This document shows, in pieces, positions 52,501-64,000 of a DNA stretch of 64,000 nucleotides. Made by a program: the position numbers and the translations under genes. The stretch comes from Tubulanus polymorphus (lineage: Eukaryota > Animalia > Nemertea): assembly GCF_964204645.1 (NCBI RefSeq), contig NC_134027.1:21042560-21106559 (forward strand). Reading direction: 5' to 3'. Position 1 is the stretch's first letter. Every line of letters starts with the position of its first letter. The notes under the pieces are model-generated. The model did no database searches. It saw nothing but the letters and a program-made list of their open reading frames with translations, and was not told where the DNA came from.

Positions 52501-55500
52501 CTTTAGTTTAGCTCTAGCTCTAGTTCTTACTTTCAAATGTGGTGACCATTCCATGCGTGACTATTGCTTCTTATAACAGGTCCATTGCCAAGATTTTTCA
52601 AAGGCAGATTTTTGAACAAAAATATTCACGAATTTCTCTGCCCAGTAAAATATATATGTAGAAATTTACCACATAGTTGCAAACTTGAAACTGTGCAAAT
52701 ATATCAAAAAGGAAATTTTTGAGTTCCCCAGAGATCGGTGAAATTGTAGTAATAGTAGTCGGAAGTGTGAACATTGCAAACGCGAGTGAAACTATAACAA
52801 GCATTATTGTTGTACGCTTTGATTTTGTAGTTTTCTTATCAGATGAAACCATTTTTGAACCTCGGAATAACTGAATTATAACACAATTTGATTGAATGAT
52901 CAAATTTAAAGGTAGAATATACGCATAGATGACACCTATAAAAGGAGATTTGGTTTTGTCAATGAATTCATAGTAACACCCGAAAAGTTTGTCGGAAAAT
53001 TGTATTGACGAAGAAAAGAGAATCCGAATCAGTAAATTCACTGCAGTTATTATCAATGTAGCAATTCTAGCAAATTTCGGTGTACATATCAAACGAGATG
53101 TGAATGGAAAGAGCACAACCGCAACACGTTCAAGAGATATCGCTACTATTAACCACGAACTATTGATAACTGCAAGCCCCATTACAAATTCATAGACCTG
53201 ACAACTGATCAGCGAATTCATCACAAATATAGCATCATCCTTAATACGCAAAAGAACAAACTGTAAAACAGGCATCAGTGTATAATTAATACAGAACATA
53301 GAATCACTGACTGCCAAAACGATGAGATAGTTAGGATAAATTGCGGAATCTGCGACTTATCATCATCAGGAACGTAGCTGAATTTCCAAAGGCTCCGAAC
53401 AGGAAAAAGATAGGCAGAATGACCAGTGACACGGTACGGTAGATTCCAGACCTGTTCACCACAGACATGAGAATGATGTAACTGTTATAAGTTCGACCGA
53501 TTTGCACCTGAGTTAAATTCATCATTCATGAGGATCAAATAGATGTGAACTGAATGTCCGAGTGTGTACTGACTACCTGAGAATGATCTAGAGCTGATCT
53601 TGTCTTCTCCCATAATGAAATACTAATCTCCCTTTAATATAAAGAAATCATTTAAGTCTTTATCACAGCTACAATTCATTTGTTCGCAACAAATGAAAAA
53701 TCTATTCTCAAAAATCTAACACAATCTACTCAGATATTGTGAAAGTTTACTATAAAAAATATAAATGTTACTCAATTTAAGATCAATATCTGTTGTACAT
53801 TTATTGATTGTAAATGGTGAAATATATATGTAGATATGTGGTAAAAATAGATGGTATATTAAATGGTAAAATAGATATATTCCATTTCTATTCTATGAAA
53901 AATCTTGAAGCTAACCTAGATTCAACAAGGGACATCCAGGATATTAGCGCAGGTTGGTTAGGACGCTGGCAGTGTGCTACAAATTGACCCCTCTAAGCTC
54001 TAAACAGTTTATAATCCCATTACCATTATTTTTCAAGGCAGATCTTAATTATCAATTCTAAATAAGGGTTATTTCCCACTAAAATGAAACCATAGTAATG
54101 GATTCAAAAGAAATTCATAAGTGAATCAATCTTGAAATTAATGGTTATGTGACTGAATTTCTACATTGGACTCTCATACAGAAATATTCACAAATTTCTC
54201 ATACCAGTTAATGATGTAGACATCAATTCAACTATAGTCATCTTTAAGAATAGGGTTGACCATTTTTGGTATACGACATGTCAAGGTTTTCTGTGTGCTC
54301 TATTTCAGTTGCTTGAACTTGCTGCACCAACAAGCCACACCAGCCTGCAGAATGATGTCTGGACAATCCCATTGGAGTACAGTGTAGACTCTGCTTGGCG
54401 GGACCGGGCAATGAGAACTCCTTTAGCAGCGAGTGGTGCGGTAGCAAGGATAAGTTAGCCTGGATCCGTACCATAAGGGAACCTGGTGACATAACACTCT
54501 GGCAGAGGACTTAAGTAGCCTCTCTAGGGTGGCCACTTTGATGACCCCGTATCCCATCATCTGCATCTAATGTGCAGTTTATTTAAGAACTAAACCCTAG
54601 CATTTCACAATAGATGGGTTTTAACCTAGTGGCTGTATGGGCAAGAGGTACTTATCCCTGATTCAAGGAGGTTATTTGCATTCTCGCGCTATGCAAGCAG
54701 CAACCCACACTACTGAGTCCAAGGACTCCAAGCATTGGTAGGTTTTCATAAGTTGTTTATTCTGGTAAATTCCAGCCAGCTATGGCTATGTATGTTTTCA
54801 CAGGGAATATATTATCCTTGCACAAAACGATCCAAGTTGAAGGGTATGATTGGCTGATACCTTACAATACAAGAGTAAATATTTCATAAGGGGTCTCGCT
54901 ATCGGTCAGCTTCCAACATAATCTATTAGCCCTTTTAGTATTTAAGAAAACAAAATATACTGTTTCTTTTTTAATTGAGCTACTTCTTTTCAATTGCCAG
55001 GAAGCCCGCATAAATGACAGCATGTGAAAGAATATTGGCTTATATCAGTCATATGTTTTAGACTCTGTTGACATGAGAAATTGGATTTTCAAGCTTTTGG
55101 ATGAAAACTTTGACTTAACTAAAAGTCCAGGGAAACCATGCCCACTTGGTGAAATGCTTGTCAGACAGTGCCCTGTCGACTATCGTCGACATTTCTTATA
55201 GCAGTTTTATTCTTCGTTTTTTGTATAGAATTCAGCAGAGAAACCTGCCACTAGATGGCTTGATTAAATGGCAGCGCCCATTAGTATGTTTTATTATGCG
55301 TTTTTGTGGTGTTGCAATTCAAAATATGAGTTTTTTGCGTTTGAAAGTAGCGGGTACCTATCCGGAGGTCACGTGATCTAATTATAAACTCATTTTCTAA
55401 TAATGATTAATCATATGATTTATATTTCTGACAGTAGACATAAGATATTCCATTGTCAGCTGTTAGCTGAGGCTAGAAAGCAGTTTGTTCATTCTCATAC

Positions 55501-58500
55501 CTGAAATTTAGGGGGGGTTAACAAATAAATAGGTCACCAACTATAATCTATGCAAATAAGCTCATTTCCATAAGATATACGTCACTTTCAGTAAGAAACA
55601 ATATCACCAATTTTCTAAGGGTCATACCCTACAAACTTTTCAATTACCATAAAGCTCTTTCTCTTACAGTTTTTACTCTATGGAGCTCCAAAGTTAGTAC
55701 GGATTTTCCTACTTATAAGTTAACAATGACAGCGATCTGAGGGTTTTTCTCAAATCACTCATGGGCACTAAAAGAGTTAAGGGGTCTTTGAACCCAATAA
55801 CACACCTATCATTCGGTCATTTTACCTGAAATGTTTATAGAGACTGTAGCTATCCGAATCATCGGTATTCAGTAAATAAATGTAACAATACAACGCCATA
55901 TCTGAGAGAAATTTCATTTCAGCTGTTGACGAATCCTGCTTAATGCCTTGAAGAATATGTTGCAGATACGTCATAACTTCTTTAATATGACCATGTCTAG
56001 CGAGGCAGGCTACCCGATGACCATGAGGACACTGAAATATAACCAAACAATCCAAAAATCTTTGAATGGTAGCACATACATCGATCTACACATTGTTCCC
56101 ATTGCGAGTTGCTGATGATAATTAATCCCAAATTTTAGGCAAAACCTTTGATATGCTTAAGTCCACGTACGACAAATGAAATGCTAAAACAAAAGCGTTT
56201 TTCTGCAAAACACGTATAGACCTTCCTGGTTAAGAGCTTATACCGAAGAGAAGCTCAAGCTAGATGGTATCATTCTTCAAAATATGAGTGGATGTTAAAC
56301 TACTTAACCAAAAATAAACATTCGTCATATTAGTAAGAAATTGGTAATCCTGCATGAAAATTTCTTTTGATTGGATAACTGTGACATAACTGCACATAAA
56401 CTACCAACCTTAGACATTTGAAATAGTCGCACTGCAGTTTGAACACTTCCTGTCGATAAATTCAGTTCGGCAGCTTTGACAAACAGCTCATTGATGTCGA
56501 GTCCTATCATTATTCCTAACAGTTCTGCTCGTTTCAAATCCCCTCCCATACAAATATCCAGAAACAAATGTTCAGGCGCTACTCTATATTAGAAACAATA
56601 GAAAGACTATATTTACCCACCTCTTTCCAGTACAAGTTTAGAATACGGTTGCAAATGACATCTCAAAATAGATTATTTCAATGGCATTTTTAAGCAAAAT
56701 GAGCTTTTAACTCGTTTTTAACTGCCACAATCAAGGTAATAAGTTGCCACTATGCTTTTTACAAATACTGGCAATGGCAGAAATGTAAACTAAACATATT
56801 TCAAAGTAGCAATGGTGGTAGAACCAGAAGTATGAGATATGTTTCAACTAACCTGGGTCTACATTCATACACTGCAGTTTGCGTAACTATCAAACATCCA
56901 TCTAACACAGTGTAATTACCGAGTTTCATCTCTTCTGCGAATGGCTGAATTTTATTCGAATATTCTCGTTGATTTCGTCGGTGCCAATAGAACGGAAATG
57001 AACGTTTGTAAACATCAACAAGAACTCGATCGGGAATACGAAATACTTGCACCGTAGAATCAGCGTTGAACCCCTGCAAACAATATTGAACATATACTCC
57101 CATAGCAATTAAGTGGTTACTTATAACAATGTGGGCCTTCAACGATGCTAGACAATTTAGCAAAGTTTCTGATTAAGAATCCATCCAGACTACACGAAAA
57201 TTAAGCATTTTCTTCAAAGTTTCTGGTGAAGGACCACCAGACAAAAAGTTTTTTGCCACTCGCATCTTCAGCCCTTTTAATCATATTGCGTTATATGTAA
57301 GTAAATTTGAAGTCATATTAGTAGACCAAAGGCCAAGATAAAACTTATTTCAGCCACTTCAATTTACATGTTATACAATAGAAAGCAAAGACTGGAGGTG
57401 TAGCATAGTAGCAATGGGTCTTTCGCTAACTACATCAATGCAAGGTTTATTCAATTGAATTTTATAGTCGGTTGATGGTTCTTCCACATGCTAGTTCCAC
57501 AAAACTGTCTTCAATTAATTTAGACATTTAAAATAATTGTTGTGAAATCAGGCTAGGTAGACGAGATCTACTTACAACACTTTGTTCAGCGCATGTTTCA
57601 GCCATTTGATTCGAGATGAAATTCAACTCAATTCCATCCTTCCACTTCGAATAAAATATCAATCTGTCTGATAAAATCAGGTTATCAGCGTTGACCGGAA
57701 TTTTATACACAAATAATGGTAAATGTTCAACCGTGCTGTCATAAACCTGCATCATACAGAAATAAAATGTTTTTTTAGTCTTCATCCTGTTTTCCTTTTC
57801 CAATTTGTTCATTTGAAAATTTTACGACTTTTTGAAGGGAAAATAAGCAAATTCGAGAAGGTCGTCATGGTTATATTGATTATTATGACAAGATATAACA
57901 AGAAAATGCACAACCATCAACAGAAGGGCATCCTCACATGAGACTAAGAACACATGTTACAGTAACATAGAGAGATAATTGTCCCAGATTTTTTAATAAG
58001 CACATTAAAATTTTTAGGGCCATTATTCAAGGTAGCCACGCATAAGAAACTGCACGCTCGTGAGCAAATCAAGTTGTTATTCTTTATTGAGCCATGTGCT
58101 ATTGTACAGTGAGCAATTAGTATACTATGAATTTATTGGTCCAAAAATGCATTCATACTATCACTACTTAGTCCATTTTATTTTGGTCCAAACCTGGAAC
58201 TGACCAATTAAGAACATGCGAATCAATGCGAATCACTCACACATTATTGTAAATTCACTAACACTAGTCCCACTAGACATAAAGGCTGGCTTATGTCGAC
58301 AAGCAACACGACGCCTACCAACACAACTAAGAGCAACCGCGATTCGCAGCAACTGAGGCGGACTCTCGGGATACGAGATTTCCCAGTTGCTTCCCTGCTT
58401 ATGTCGGTTACGATTACTGGCAATTGCAACGACTCAGATGGTCACGTGATAAGCATTATGAGAATAAATTTGATTTATTGAGAAATATATTTCTATTAGA

Positions 58501-61500
58501 AAAGCTATTTCTTTAAGATCTTTATCTTTCTGATTCTGTTTTGAATACAATGTGCTAGAGACATCATATAAAGATGGCCGCTCACACCATAATTCTACCA
58601 ATTTTGCTTCTAGATCTTTGGTCCAGTCATCTGCCGTGCTGTAGGTTTGGTTTACGTTTCGAAATACTTAAATTTGAAAGTTAATGACTAATTACGAATG
58701 ACGCTAACTAGCGGTCATAATTTGTACTATGTATATGCGGTCTCTTATTGGCTGGAACCCTTGCGCTCAGTTCCGTCACGTCGCAGATGAGCTTATGTCA
58801 GTTGCGATCGAAAGCAACTGTCCGCCTACCATAGGCCGGAGTAGAACATGGGCAACTAGCCGGATACGGCTTGTGACGAGTCGGTAGGCGTCGGGTTACC
58901 GTCACAAGCCGGCTTATGTCGAACCGATAGAGCAGCAACTGGCGGCCTCTCGTAGGCCCCTAGTTGCCGCTAATCGGCGATAAACCCAGTTGCGTCGGTA
59001 GGCGTCGCGTTGCTTGTCTACATAAGCCAGCCTTAACACTGATTAACAGGCAATTCAAGCGAAGTTTCTATTCACGCACACAGAAATAGCCCATTCTAAA
59101 ATCTACAATGGACCTGGATCGTTCCTTTTGGTCAATCTGCTAGAATGTACTTTTCACTAGCATGAAGGCTTGGTCCATTCTAAATTGGAAAGGTTGGTCC
59201 ATTCTAAATTGGAAAGGAACAAATTTAGTTAAATAATGAAGTGTCCTATATGGTACCTTGTAGGACAATTGCCCCCCGGACAACTGCCCCTGGACAATTG
59301 CCCCCCCCGAATAAGATCCTTTTTGATTTGTATTAATACCATCTAAATTATAAATTATTGAATATAGATTTATAAGATATAGAATTACTGATGTTGAGTT
59401 CAGATCAAAAACTTTAAATCAGTCCTCGTGTAATTATAATTCACTTACCGAATTAAAGGAAACTTAATAAGTCCACTTATTAGTGCATTAGTTAACGTTG
59501 GCTGATTTATTGGAATTAGTTTTAGTGTTACTTTAGCCAATCAAAAACTTTAAAGCAGTCCTAGAGTAATTAGCTAGAATAAGTTCACTTCACTTAGTCT
59601 AATTACTTTGAAATAAATATCTGTGTTAGGATTTACTTTAGTATCTACTTTAAGATTAAAAAGATTTAATTTGGGGGGAATTGTCCAGGGGGCAATTGTC
59701 CGGGGGGGATGGGCAGTTGTCCTGATACCACCTTGTAGATATGAGTACATTTACTCTTCAGTTACTGCTCACTCCAGGATTTAAGTAATTGAAAATTACC
59801 AAAATTGTATGCATTTGACTGTGGGATTGGGTCCAAGAGAATATAACCATTAAGATGGTGACAATGAGATAGCATGGATAGATCTTCATAAATTTGGAAA
59901 TAATGGAATAGTTGAGTGCCTAGAAATCTAATAAGCAGTCTACAATAGCTGAAACCCATCATTAAAAATGTTATTCGAGGGCTGCTAAGTATTGGGAAAG
60001 AACTAATTTCATCTCCAAAACTGGGTCCTGAAGTTTTCAAATCTATGATTTTTTTTCAAAAACAATCAAACACATTGATATCGTATCAACGAAAACTTAC
60101 CTGGAACGTTCCCCGCGATTTGTCGAAAGCCGAGATGAAATGTCGACCACGTGAATACTGCGGTTTTAACTGAACGGACACCGGGAACTGATAGAATTTC
60201 AATGGTTGTATTTGCGATTCGTCTTTATCAGCAGACGAAAGAGGAGTTGGATTCACTGGAATTTAAAACAAGACACTTTTAAAAATCTATTTGCTCCAAT
60301 AAATCCAGGTTGCCATTTCAACTCGACTCAATTTGTCTATATTCACATATTCAACACCCAGAATGAAATAACCTATTTTATCACAGCTGTGAAACTAGGT
60401 CCATGAATGGAAGATGTCAATCAACATAAGGTATTGTCACAAGCCTTCTGCTACTAAAATATTAACTTTGCCACCCACGAAAAGAATTCTCAAGAATTTC
60501 ATCAATTCACGAGGTCATCAGTAAAGCCCGGCGCACACGGGCGACAGTTTCGAGCAATTCTCGAGTAACCGCCCGAATTGCTCGGCGTCGAATGAAAAAA
60601 TCGCTCGTCTGCGGCAAGGGGCAACAGCGATTGCTCGTTGTCGAAAGGAATTGCTCCGTGTCGCCCAATATCAAACATGTTTGATATTGGGCGACGGAAA
60701 ATTGCTTGTCGCCGAGAAATTGCTCGGCGATCGCTCGGGAGTTGCCCGTGTGCGGTAGCTAGAGACACCAAGCGACAAGCGACTCATCAACTAGCCAATG
60801 AGAGAGCGAATAATTATCATGTGATTTAACCAAATTCGGCACCAGTCGAGGCTGTAGCGTGGCCATCTTGACAAGTCACATGATACAGATGTTTGCCGGG
60901 AAAGATAATCGCTTGTCCGTCTCCAGTGGTAGCACATGGGCGACACCAAGCGATCGATTGCTCAACGGTTGCTTGCAAATCGGTCACAGCAACAGGCGAC
61001 TAAAAATTGCCTCGTGCGCGCCAGGCTTAAGATACTGTGCTTCAAATAGGTTTTATCTATTTTCAGCTCTTTTGTTCTAGAAAACTTCAAATTACAATAG
61101 ATCAGCAGTAAGCTATTTTGTGACACTACATGGAGGAAGTTGCCTATGAATTTTCTTTATTCTCCCGTTTGGCTTTCAATAATAGAAAAATCTAAAAAAT
61201 ATGAAGACACAAAGCAAGTACAAATCATATAACCTGGTGGAGTTTTTTCAGCAATAATGTTCCAGTTAGGTAAACTGTTACTCGTAATCTGATCAAATCC
61301 TAAAGTTTCCAATTCGCTGTCCAACTGCCATACATGTTCCTGATCCTTCTTCTCCAGTAACAGTCTCCACTGTTTGCCACCACGGCCTGTAATCTAAACA
61401 GATTAATATCTACCGATGAAAACACTTTAACTGCAGCCCCTTGAAAATATATCAAATATCTGCAAAGTTGGAAGCATAAATCGAAAAGGTAAAAATGCCA

Positions 61501-63737
61501 ATTCTAATATGATCAGTTTATGCATTTAAAGGCAGGCATGGATCGCCACAATTCAGTATCTACGTATGCATAGGAGCTGGAAACATGGATCTCCACAAAT
61601 CAGTATCTACGTATGGACGGGAGCTGGATGGAGTCAATATCTCATTCGATTACTATAGAGACTCGAAGCATTCGAGATACTTACAAGTGCGTAACTAAGG
61701 GAATGTGTATCATCTATCACTACTTGTATATGCTGTATTACGCCATGTACTGAAACTTTTTTCATTGTTTTACCAGTCAACAAATTCACAAATACCAGCT
61801 CCCCTTTCTGAAAATAGCAATTCACGATTTTTTTAGTGTGTCTATTGATAGTAGTGTACGCAGTCAAAAAGAAGTTCCAGTTTCAATTGCTAGGAGGGCT
61901 CAGACAGAACCAATTCATAAATTGATAACTACCACATTGGAGCTTGCAAAGAACCACAGAAACTATTGCCACTGCCAGAATCATTAGGCTTTGAAATACC
62001 TACGAGCAATTATCTAACAGGAGGTCAGGAAGCTCGCCCTATATCTCTGTACATAAGATCAGTAACGCTGTCAATCAAACTGTTGGCGTTGGGCTAATTG
62101 ATGAGGCTATTGCTAGCCTATTGTTCGGATTTTTGGGTGTGATGTATTCACCTCGACAGACATGGATAAAATAAGCCAGGCTATAGAATAACATCAAAAT
62201 TCATATATGTACAAATTACAAAATAAAGTATTTCATGGTCCAAGAAGTAATTTTCATCTTTTATAATAGTATAATGGAGGTAACTTCTCTTTCATATTTT
62301 CAATGTAATATTTTCGGTATATTTCTGTTTTAATTTTTGAGATTTTCTCAAAACTGCATGTTTTATTCACAGGAACCGTCAGGAACATACAAAATATGTG
62401 ATTTATAAAATATATTTATTGCAGAACGTACTAAAAATCTCAGGAGATGCAATGATATCGTAAAAATCTTAATTATCAACTGATTCTCAAAATTTTTTCA
62501 CCGAGCTGTGGATTTCGTAAGCGCGGTCATTATGGTGCCATATACGCATGCCTCAGTTGGCTACGTCATCTTAAAGCTACCTCTATGGATTGCTTTTAGA
62601 ATCAACGCACAGCGCTGCTATCCAGCGATGTTGAATCCAACACACCCCTGACTGTATGATTGAGAGCATTACTGATCGTACCAGTGTGTAGTACACTGAT
62701 ATAGGGCGAGCTTCCTCCTGTTAGATAATTGCTCATAGGAAATACTATACAATTCAAACTTCAGGGATGGACAGCTCAGAGAAGAACTATTTCAAAGTGT
62801 TAAACCAGCATTTCTAGCAATGAGATCAAGTACCTCAAAACTTATTTACCTTAGTACCAATAATACTGATTTCATCAGCTTCCAGTGTATGCCACCAGGT
62901 TATTGCTGTTACTGACCCTTCAAAAATAGTGAAAAAATAATGAGTCCAGTAGTTACAAGAATAGGTCTATATATTGCACCATATTGCACTGAGGAAACGT
63001 ATTGCTCAACAGCGATTGCGTTTTCAGAATAGCATCTCGGCCTTTGAATAAACAAAAACTAAGTTTTCACGATTGACATTCTTAGCCGGAGTACAAGACA
63101 TAAGTTCCTGCAGCCACCCTTTGAAGTCGGCATATAAGGAAATCTTCGCTCCTGGCCATATTGGATACATGCATGAAAACTAAAATATGTTATCAATTGT
63201 TATCAAACTGTGTTTAATTTCAGAATTCTATTACTAGGAACCGATCATCGTAAACTTTGGCATCATACATGAACAGTTAGAGAATTAACCATGCTCTGAT
63301 AAAACATCAAGGGCCAGTTGCCCGAAAGTGGCTTAAATAACCTGGGACCATCCATGAGTATGTACTGTCTAAGCATGCAACTTTTTAAAGGCTCTACCTT
63401 CTGTTTGCATGATATTCCAGTGCCTTACAGGGTCAACAGTCAGTACCAAACATTCGCTTGATTACGATCTGGTATTTGTTCACTTTTAACAGGTACCATG
63501 TAGTTTACATGTTTTCAGTTAAGAAGTCAGCATGCATGGATGCCCCGATTAGATAAATATTACAGTAACAATGCAGTTTTTACTGTCACCATGTCAGTAC
63601 TACAAGGTAACTTTACTTGACTTTTGAGAATATAGCCCCACAGACAGTTGACTTTGTACTGACCGATCTTGTCCTCTATTTCGATGATTGTTGCATCATT
63701 CAACCGCCAAATTGGTTCAACTCGGGCTTTCGGATCC
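37529..63737 (-). CDS. Large RCC1-repeat protein, claret/GLO-4-like (putative Rab32/38-pathway GEF); 5' end lies beyond the window
   Basis: Approximate exons: ~63620-63737 (uncertain), 62850-62918, 61685-61807, 61234-61393, 60101-60255, 57575-57746, 56853-57074, 56409-56583, 55826-56031, 51556-51652, 50580-50790, 49948-50022, 48959-49102, 48589-48861, 45497-45643, 44644-44777, 43757-43935, 41847-42080, 41288-41434, 40296-40397, 40112-40220, 39722-39826, 38852-39025, 37529-38048. RCC1 repeats: [92 protein letters not shown]. C-terminal FTCGHYF..CPRC. The claret assignment is inference from architecture. Confidence 0.75.
38322..38372 (-). repeat. Degenerate tRNA-like / SINE head (Pol III A and B boxes)
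   Basis: Minus strand TGGCTAAATG (A-like, 38368-59) and GGTTCGAATCC (B box, 38344-34). The spacing is too short for a tRNA. Confidence 0.35.
42733..43150. mobile_element. piggyBac-like MITE, family B
   Basis: TTAA|CTCTTTGCCTG...CAGGCAATGAG|TTAA. Confidence 0.65.
45712..46447. mobile_element. Non-autonomous Harbinger derivative with subterminal palindromes and a Myb/SANT-gene remnant
   Basis: TIR AGCCGCGTTCACACGAC / GTCGTGTGAACGCGCCT, TSD AAG, many TTAGACCGGTCTAA-type repeats at both ends. Minus strand ~45879-45974 reads TRGSNWSNEEYLAILRIWKQDFIQAQF. Confidence 0.85.
47726..47885 (+). pseudogene. Merlin/IS1595-like transposase N-terminal remnant
   Basis: MRLPKNNRGDGEIWHCSHCYRTTSIRAGSF, then after a frameshift SKSKMKLSQLMLIVYCF. 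Matches the DG-x2-W-x-C-x2-C...SIR-x-GSFF-x2-S pattern of Merlin transposases. Confidence 0.7.
52598..53525 (-). pseudogene. Intronless rhodopsin-class GPCR (FMRFamide-receptor-like / chemoreceptor-type) with one frameshift, nested in an intron
   Basis: TM1 GAFGN in ORF 53331-53525. In the +1 frame: NYLIVLAVSD, ISLERVAVVLFPF, YILP, FTLP, NYVVNFYIY..REIRE (ORF 52598-53317). Frameshift at ~53333. Confidence 0.85.
54321..54729. repeat. GC-balanced, structured island; probably a retroelement UTR or SINE-like repeat
   Basis: Abrupt compositional change from AT-rich flanks, no convincing ORF, terminal hairpin GAGTCC-AA-GGACTC (54715-54728). Confidence 0.4.
58283..59033. mobile_element. PIF/Harbinger-type non-autonomous element
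   Basis: ~37-bp TIR AGGCTGGCTTATGTCGACAAGCAACACGACGCCTACC and its near-complement; TSD TAA. Confidence 0.85.
59264..59729. mobile_element. MULE-like non-autonomous element with tandem GGACAA(T/C)TGCCCC terminal repeats
   Basis: Three repeat units at each end in inverted orientation; 9-bp direct repeat ACCTTGTAG at 59255-63 and 59730-38; AT-rich core. Confidence 0.65.
60525..61027. mobile_element. PIF/Harbinger-type MITE with an internal perfect palindrome
   Basis: TIR AGCCCGGCGCACACG / CGTGCGCGCCAGGCT, TSD TAA; 36-bp perfect palindrome at 60660-60695. Confidence 0.8.
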
Positions 63738-64000
63738 TGATAATATATGGATATATTGAAGACATCAATTTCAATCGAATAATAATTTGTAACAGAAAGT
63801 AATAACCACAAGCACAAAACAATATCAGTTCCATTCAGTAACCGAGGGTCAGTTGCTTAAGTCACCAGGTAAATCACTATATTACCTGAGATGCCTCCAT
63901 TTTCAATCCGAAATTAGTTTGTATGTCCAGTTCAATTTACTACTGGTAATTGTAAGTTATAATTTAGATAATTTAGCAGATATCTCTATATCTTTTCAAT

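Noticed and set aside
53325-53340. Antizyme-like programmed +1 frameshift (TCC-TAA) in the GPCR
   Set aside because: TM1-TM2 spacing is two residues short, which a 5-nt deletion explains; no stimulatory structure was recognised.
54588-54600. Telomerase-RNA template-like CTAAACCCTA
   Set aside because: It would template TTTAGGG, not the usual animal TTAGGG, and there is no other support.

Overview
AT-rich, intron-rich animal genomic DNA, probably a marine invertebrate such as a lophotrochozoan (inferred from gene content). It holds three host genes. (1) A complete 34-coding-exon thioester-protein gene on the minus strand (27440->863, about 1566 aa). It has the Mcr/TEP6 hallmarks (LDLa module, RWYPVANM, C-terminal CxxCGSxQCPYC plus hydrophobic tail) but keeps an intact GCGEQ thioester. 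(2) NEDD8 on the plus strand (29551-32668), head-to-head with the TEP gene across a shared promoter. (3) The 3' part of a large RCC1-repeat gene resembling claret/GLO-4 (minus strand, >63.7 kb ->37529), with a frameshifted intronless GPCR nested in one intron. The TEP gene carries a very young Penelope-like retroelement (RT + GIY-YIG, 886-bp inverted terminal repeat) whose termini contain a minimal hammerhead ribozyme. Three more hammerhead motifs with unrelated sequences occur in short PLE-type relics at about 2.4, 27.7 and 35.1 kb. There are many MITEs (piggyBac, PIF/Harbinger, pogo/Tigger, hAT-like, MULE-like), plus Merlin-transposase and Harbinger-Myb remnants. All calls come from manual reading; no searches or folding programs were run.
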